From Candidatus Bathyarchaeota archaeon (GTDB taxonomy: Archaea > Thermoproteota > Bathyarchaeia > TCS64): DNA of 64,000 nt. The DNA is taken from NCBI GenBank assembly GCA_963771885.1, contig CAVYVF010000022.1, positions 64,001 to 128,000 on the forward strand, given 5' to 3'. Positions 59,017 to 64,000 of this stretch are shown one piece after another. The notes under the pieces were generated by a model. The model was given only the letters and a program-made list of their open reading frames with translations, had not been told where the DNA came from and made no database searches. Numbering within the stretch: position 1 is the stretch's first letter; every line of letters starts with the position of its first letter. Made by a program: the position numbers and the translations under genes.

Positions 59017-61674
59017 TTACTTCTTCTGCTCGCTCTGTATAGCGATCCTCGCAGCCGCGAGGCGCGCCACGGGTATGCGGAATGGGCTGCAACTGACATA
59101 GTCAAGCCCAGCCTCGTGGAAGAAGTAGATGCTCTCAGGGTCTCCACCGTGCTCACCGCAGATGCCTATCTTGATCTTAGGGTTAGCGGGGCGCGCTAAC
59201 TTGACGCATATCTTCACAAGTTCGCCGACGCCCTTCTTGTCCAGCGTCTGGAAGGGGTCGTCAGGCAGTATTTTCTTCTCCACATAGACTGGGAGGAACG
59301 TACCCTGCGCGTCGTCCCTACTCAGCCCCATACCAGTCTGCGTCAGGTCGTTTGTGCCAAAGCTGAAGAAATCGCACTCCTTCGCCATTTCATCGGCGGT
59401 CAACGCTGCGCGGGGCATCTCGATCATAGTCCCGTACTTGAAAATGATCTTCTCACCGTACTTCTTCATCGCCTCATCGTACGCCTTGACCACGAAAGGC
59501 TTCAGATACGCCAGCTCTCGCCATGTGATGGTGCCTGGGATCATGATCTCCGGGTGAGGGTCATCCCCTTCCTTCTTCAGCTCGCAGGCCGCCTCGAATA
59601 TGGCCTTCGCTTGAGTCTCGTATATCTCGGGGTAGAGAACGCCGACACGGCAAGCGCGCAACCCGATCATTGGGTTCGCCTCCTGTATCTTCCTCACCTT
59701 ACCGAGTATGACACGCTTCGCCTCTATCTCCTTCTTCGGCGCCTTCGCCTTCTCCAGCTCGAATATCTCCGTCACCACGTCCACCTCGCGGGGCATGAAC
59801 TCGTGGAGCGGCGGGTCGAGCAGCCTGATCTGCACCGGCTTGCCCTTCATCGCCTTGAGGAGGCTCTTGAAGTCCTTCTTCTGCATCGGCAGCAGCTTGT
59901 CGAGCGCCTTCATCCTCTCGGCAAGGGTGTCAGCCATAATCATCTCGCGGACCAGCGCCACGCGCTCGACGCCTAGGAACATGCGCTCCGTGCGGGTTAA
60001 CCCGATTCCGGCCGCGCCGTTCTCATACGCCTTCTTCGCGTCATTTTCGTCGTTCGCGTTCGCCCAGACACCGAGGCGCCTATACTTGTCCGCCCAACCG
60101 AGTAGCACGGCGACCTCGCCGCCTACCTTCGGCTCGATGAACTCGACCTCGCCCATGTAAACGTCCGCCGTCAGCCCGTCGATTGTGATTAGATCACCCT
60201 TCTTTACCACAACATCGCCGACCTTCGCGATCTCCTTATCGAGATCGATCTGCATCGCCTCGCAGCCAACGATAGCGGGCTTTCCAATACCTCTGGCGAC
60301 GATCGCCGCATGGCTCGTCATCCCGCCTCTGCTCGTCAGCACTCCCTCGGCGGCGACCATACCCGCGATGTCCTCAGGCGTCGTCTCCGGGCGCACAAGA
60401 ATGACCTTCTTGCCAGCGGCCTTCCACTCCTCCGCTTCCTTAGGCACGAAGACGACTTGGCCTGTAGAGGCACCAGGACTAGCAGGAAGTCCACGACAAA
60501 GAGCCTTCTTCCCCGTCTTCGGATCGATGGTCTTGTGGAGCATCAGCTCAACCTGCTTGGGCTCCACGCGAAGGATAGCTTCCTTCTCAGTGATGAGCTT
60601 CTCGTCCACCATGTCGACAGCGCACTTCACCGCCGCTCTCGCTGTCCTCTTCGCGTTGCGACACTGCAACATATAGAGGACGCCCCTCTCGATTGTGAAC
60701 TCGACATCCTGCATGTCTTTGTAATGGCTCTCGAGCTTCCCGACGATATCGACAAGCTCTTTGTGGATCTTGGGCATTTGCTGCCTGAGGTCGTCTAGGC
60801 CAATGGGGGTCCTTATGCCCGCGACGACGTCCTCGCCCTGCGCATTGAAGAGAAGTTCACCGAGTATGTGCTTCTCCCCGCTGCTCGGGTTACGCGTGAA
60901 TAGCACGCCGCTGCCCGAGTCGTTGCCCAAGTTGCCGAAGACCATCGTTTGGATGTTGCAAGCCGTCCCCATCTCATCCGGGATTCGCTCCATCTTCCTA
61001 TACGTGATTGCGCGGGGTGTGTTCCAGCTGTTGAAGACAGCCGCGATGGCGAGCTTGAGCTGCTCCTCCGGGTCCTCGGGGAAATCGCTCTTCACCACCT
61101 TCTTGAAGAGCTTCTTCTGCTCAGCCACGATGGCCTTTAACGCCTTTGGACTAAGCTCGGTGTCGCTCTTCACGCCCTCCTTCTCCTTCCACGCCTCGTG
61201 GACCTTGTCAAAGTCCTTCCTCTCCGCCCCCATGACGACGTCAGCAAACATCGTCACGAAGCGCCTGTAGGCATCGTAAACGAACCGCTCATCCTTCGTC
61301 AACTTGCTGAGTCCCTCGGCGACCGCGTCGTTAATGCCTAGATTAAGGACGGTGTCCATCATCCCCGGCATACTACGCGGCGCACCGCTGCGGACTGAGA
61401 AGAGCAGCGGGTTCTTTGCATCCCCGAACTTCTTCCCCGCCGCCTTCTCGACGCCCTTCAGGTGTTCCATGACCTCCACCCAGAGGCCTGAGGGGAACTT
61501 GCCCTTTGCCTCGAAGAACTCGGCGCAGGTCTTCGTCGTGATAGTGAAGCCCGGCGGAACCCGGAGCCCCATATTGACCATCTCTGCTAGATTGGCTCCC
61601 TTGCCACCCAGCAGATCCTTCATGTCCTTATTGCCCTCGGAGAAGTCGTAGACGCGCTTTACCATCGGTGTCAA
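59017..61674 (-). CDS. ppdK: Pyruvate, phosphate dikinase
   Basis: LLGGKGANLAEM, SVRSGA..SMPGMMDT, GGMTSHAA, SFGTNDLTQ, GICGEHGG. Confidence 0.97.
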   Translation of the reverse strand: MTPMVKRVYDFSEGNKDMKDLLGGKGANLAEMVNMGLRVPPGFTITTKTCAEFFEAKGKFPSGLWVEVMEHLKGVEKAAGKKFGDAKNPLLFSVRSGAPRSMPGMMDTVLNLGINDAVAEGLSKLTKDERFVYDAYRRFVTMFADVVMGAERKDFDKVHEAWKEKEGVKSDTELSPKALKAIVAEQKKLFKKVVKSDFPEDPEEQLKLAIAAVFNSWNTPRAITYRKMERIPDEMGTACNIQTMVFGNLGNDSGSGVLFTRNPSSGEKHILGELLFNAQGEDVVAGIRTPIGLDDLRQQMPKIHKELVDIVGKLESHYKDMQDVEFTIERGVLYMLQCRNAKRTARAAVKCAVDMVDEKLITEKEAILRVEPKQVELMLHKTIDPKTGKKALCRGLPASPGASTGQVVFVPKEAEEWKAAGKKVILVRPETTPEDIAGMVAAEGVLTSRGGMTSHAAIVARGIGKPAIVGCEAMQIDLDKEIAKVGDVVVKKGDLITIDGLTADVYMGEVEFIEPKVGGEVAVLLGWADKYRRLGVWANANDENDAKKAYENGAAGIGLTRTERMFLGVERVALVREMIMADTLAERMKALDKLLPMQKKDFKSLLKAMKGKPVQIRLLDPPLHEFMPREVDVVTEIFELEKAKAPKKEIEAKRVILGKVRKIQEANPMIGLRACRVGVLYPEIYETQAKAIFEAACELKKEGDDPHPEIMIPGTITWRELAYLKPFVVKAYDEAMKKYGEKIIFKYGTMIEMPRAALTADEMAKECDFFSFGTNDLTQTGMGLSRDDAQGTFLPVYVEKKILPDDPFQTLDKKGVGELVKICVKLARPANPKIKIGICGEHGGDPESIYFFHEAGLDYVSCSPFRIPVARLAAARIAIQSEQKK

Positions 61675-61929
61675 CTCTCAGATGCAGAAAACTCTCGGTG
61701 GGCTACACATAAGTTTACCCCTCACTCCAAACATCAAATCAACGTGTTAGCAGTCAATAAAACCTGAGAATGGGTGATATAAGCCTCAATAAATGCGTTT
61801 AACCCGGAATAAGTCCGATATTTTGCCCAGTTTCGCCGAAAGAGCCCACTTTCAGCCCCCTCTCAGGGTTTTTAGAAAGGGTTATAAATGACGTCTTGAC
61901 TCGCTATATTAGTCTTTCGGAGTGGTTCT

Positions 61930-62853
61930 TTGGCAGCGACGCTACGAAGCAAGGCCGTGTGCACCGAATGCGGCAGCACAAACCTCCTCCGCGACTACGA
62001 CTCCGGTGAGCTAGTCTGCGAGAAGTGTGGATTCGTCCTCTCAACCACCCTCATCGACCAGGGACCCGAGTGGCGCGCCTTCGACCAGGAGCAGCGCGAC
62101 AAGCTCCCAAGAGTAGGCGCCCCCGTCACCTGGACAATACACGACAAGGGACTGAGCACTACCATCGGTTGGCAGGACCGCGACGCCTCGGGTAGACGCC
62201 TGAGCCCCGAGGAGCGTGCGCGCCTCTATCGCCTCCGCAAGTGGCAGCGCCGTAGCAAGGTATCAGACTCCACACAGCGCAACCTCGCACATGCACTTAG
62301 CGAGATGAGCAAGATCGCCTACAAGCTCAACCTTCCACGCAACGTCATCGAAACCTCAAGCATGATCTACCGCCGCGCCATCCAAAAGCAGCTAATCAGG
62401 GGTCGTACGATCCAGAGCGTCGCCGTCGCAAGCATATACATGGCTTGTCGCCAGTGCAACGTAATCAGGACGCTTGAGGACGTCGCGGTCGCCGCAAACA
62501 TCACAAAGAAGGAGGCGGCGAGGAACTACCGTTTCCTTTTACGTGAGCTGCAGCCCGATGTCCCGCAGGTAGACCCACATGGTTACATTAGTAAAATCGT
62601 GAACAAGCTCTCACTCACAGGTGAGACGGAGATGCTCGCTATGGGCATACTCAAGAAGGCATCCAGCCTCCGCCTCACAAGCGGCAGGGGTCCCTCCGGC
62701 ATCGCCGCTGCATGTATCTACATAAGCAGCCAGCTCACAGATGAGCGCCGGACACAAGGCGAGATCGCCAAAGAGGCACAGGTGACCGAGGTCACTATCA
62801 GGAACCGCTACAAGGAACTCGCACAGCGTCTCGAGTTCACCGTCAGCCTCTAA
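61930..62853 (+). CDS. tfb: Transcription initiation factor IIB
   Basis: Zn ribbon CTECG...CEKCG, GPEWRAF, HDKGLST, two cyclin repeats, TEVTIRNRYKEL. Confidence 0.96.
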   Translation: MAATLRSKAVCTECGSTNLLRDYDSGELVCEKCGFVLSTTLIDQGPEWRAFDQEQRDKLPRVGAPVTWTIHDKGLSTTIGWQDRDASGRRLSPEERARLYRLRKWQRRSKVSDSTQRNLAHALSEMSKIAYKLNLPRNVIETSSMIYRRAIQKQLIRGRTIQSVAVASIYMACRQCNVIRTLEDVAVAANITKKEAARNYRFLLRELQPDVPQVDPHGYISKIVNKLSLTGETEMLAMGILKKASSLRLTSGRGPSGIAAACIYISSQLTDERRTQGEIAKEAQVTEVTIRNRYKELAQRLEFTVSL

Positions 62854-62878
62854 GTCTTTATCCAACCCCCCATTCTAG

Positions 62879-63481
62879 TTGGTGACCCTGATGGGTGATC
62901 AATTCCTCGTTTTCACAGGTAGGCCTAACGCGGGTAAGAGTAGCATCATACGCGCCGTAACAGGCCTCAAGGTCGAGGTCGGCAAGGACCCCGGCACGAC
63001 GCAGAGAATAAACAGATACCCCATCGCTGAGGGGCTCACCCTCATAGACATGCCGGGCTACGGCAGGAGCCTACGCGGCGGCCGCGGAAAGGAGGAGGAA
63101 ACGAAAGACGACATACTCGACTTCCTCGAGCTCAACGCCGGAAGCATCGCCCTCGCCGTTCACGTCGTAAACATTAGTACGTTCCTCGAAACGGAAATGC
63201 GCCTCGCCAAGAAGGGATTCATACCCCTTGACGTGGAGATGGTCCACTTCCTCAAGCGCGACCTAGGCATAACCGTCCTCGTCGCGATGAACAAGATAGA
63301 CAAGGGGCCTCGCGACTACATAGAGGACAACGTCGAGGCACTGAAGGAGGGGCTTGGACCTAGCATCCCCATATTCCCCCTGAGCGCAAGGACAGACGAG
63401 GGCATCGGCGCGTTAAAGGAAGAAGTCAGGAAGAGACTGGGCATCAGGGGCTTCCAGAGCCCCTTCGAGCTCATCAGGTAG
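62879..63481 (+). CDS. engB: EngB/YihA family GTP-binding protein
   Basis: GRPNAGKS, PGTT, DMPGYG, NKID, SA. Confidence 0.88.
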   Translation: MVTLMGDQFLVFTGRPNAGKSSIIRAVTGLKVEVGKDPGTTQRINRYPIAEGLTLIDMPGYGRSLRGGRGKEEETKDDILDFLELNAGSIALAVHVVNISTFLETEMRLAKKGFIPLDVEMVHFLKRDLGITVLVAMNKIDKGPRDYIEDNVEALKEGLGPSIPIFPLSARTDEGIGALKEEVRKRLGIRGFQSPFELIR

Positions 63482-64000
63482 CTACTGCTCACAGCCAACT
63501 ACGCCGGCGGCGTCGACGCCGAAGCGCGCCTTATCCTCGGGTAGGTATGGAGAGTCTATTATCGTCGCGATACGTGTGTTCTCCTTGCCCTTCCTGAGGT
63601 AGACGCGGTGAGTGCAAGCATGCGCCATGACATGGCCACCCGTCGGCTTGTTTGGGTCGCCGTAGGAAGTATCAGGCTTGGCCTGCACCTGGTTTGTGAG
63701 AACTACGGCGAGGCTGAACGCCTCGGCTACTCGTAACAGCGAGGCTAGACACGAGCCTATCTTCTGCTGGCGGTCGCTCAGGGTACCCCTGCCGATGAAC
63801 TCGCCGCGGAAGTGGCCGATCATGGAGTCGACAATCACCAACTTGACGTTATGCTCCTGCACCACAACTGGGAGGTTCTTGATTAGGATGGTCTGGTGCT
63901 CGCTGTTGTAGGCGCGGGCGACGAGGACATTCTGGAGAATGGTGTTCGCGTCGTAGCCACGTGCCTCGGCTATCTGCTTGATGCGCTCGGGGAGGAAGGT
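63482..64000 (-). CDS. radA: RadA recombinase (or close paralogue), C-terminal part; 5' end outside the window
   Basis: Open frame to the window edge: TFLPERI...ARAYNSEHQ...LVIVDS...FR.EF.GRG.L..RQ...TNQV...GGHVMAH. Confidence 0.88.
   Translation of the reverse strand, partial: TFLPERIKQIAEARGYDANTILQNVLVARAYNSEHQTILIKNLPVVVQEHNVKLVIVDSMIGHFRGEFIGRGTLSDRQQKIGSCLASLLRVAEAFSLAVVLTNQVQAKPDTSYGDPNKPTGGHVMAHACTHRVYLRKGKENTRIATIIDSPYLPEDKARFGVDAAGVVGCEQ

Noticed and set aside
159..63911. Many long antisense or alternate-frame ORFs in the track
   Set aside because: They are shadow ORFs of GC-rich coding genes with no independent motifs.

Overview
A gene-dense archaeal chromosomal segment of about 60 CDS plus one tRNA-Arg(CCT). 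It is most likely a TACK-lineage archaeon and probably a Bathyarchaeia MAG; this is inferred from tfb, radA, an ESCRT-III/Vps4 (cdvB/cdvC) operon and many peptide/organic-acid catabolism genes. No CRISPR array, rRNA, transposase or integrase was seen. At least 9 genes, including pyrG and porB, carry small indel frameshifts that look like long-read consensus errors. Best candidates for undescribed biology: (1) a bacterial-type luxS in a co-oriented module with two small DNA-binding proteins, a Cys/Met PLP lyase and a decayed serB, carrying two different paired 6-1-6 palindromic boxes; (2) an ESCRT-III x2 + Vps4 operon with no adjacent cdvA, an apparently truncated winged-helix tail on the second CdvB and an abutting hairpin-membrane gene; (3) a ~1.45 kb AT-rich segment downstream of the tRNA with a small basic protein gene and opposed GTCCA/TGGAC arrays around a central palindrome (candidate origin, regulatory platform or ncRNA).
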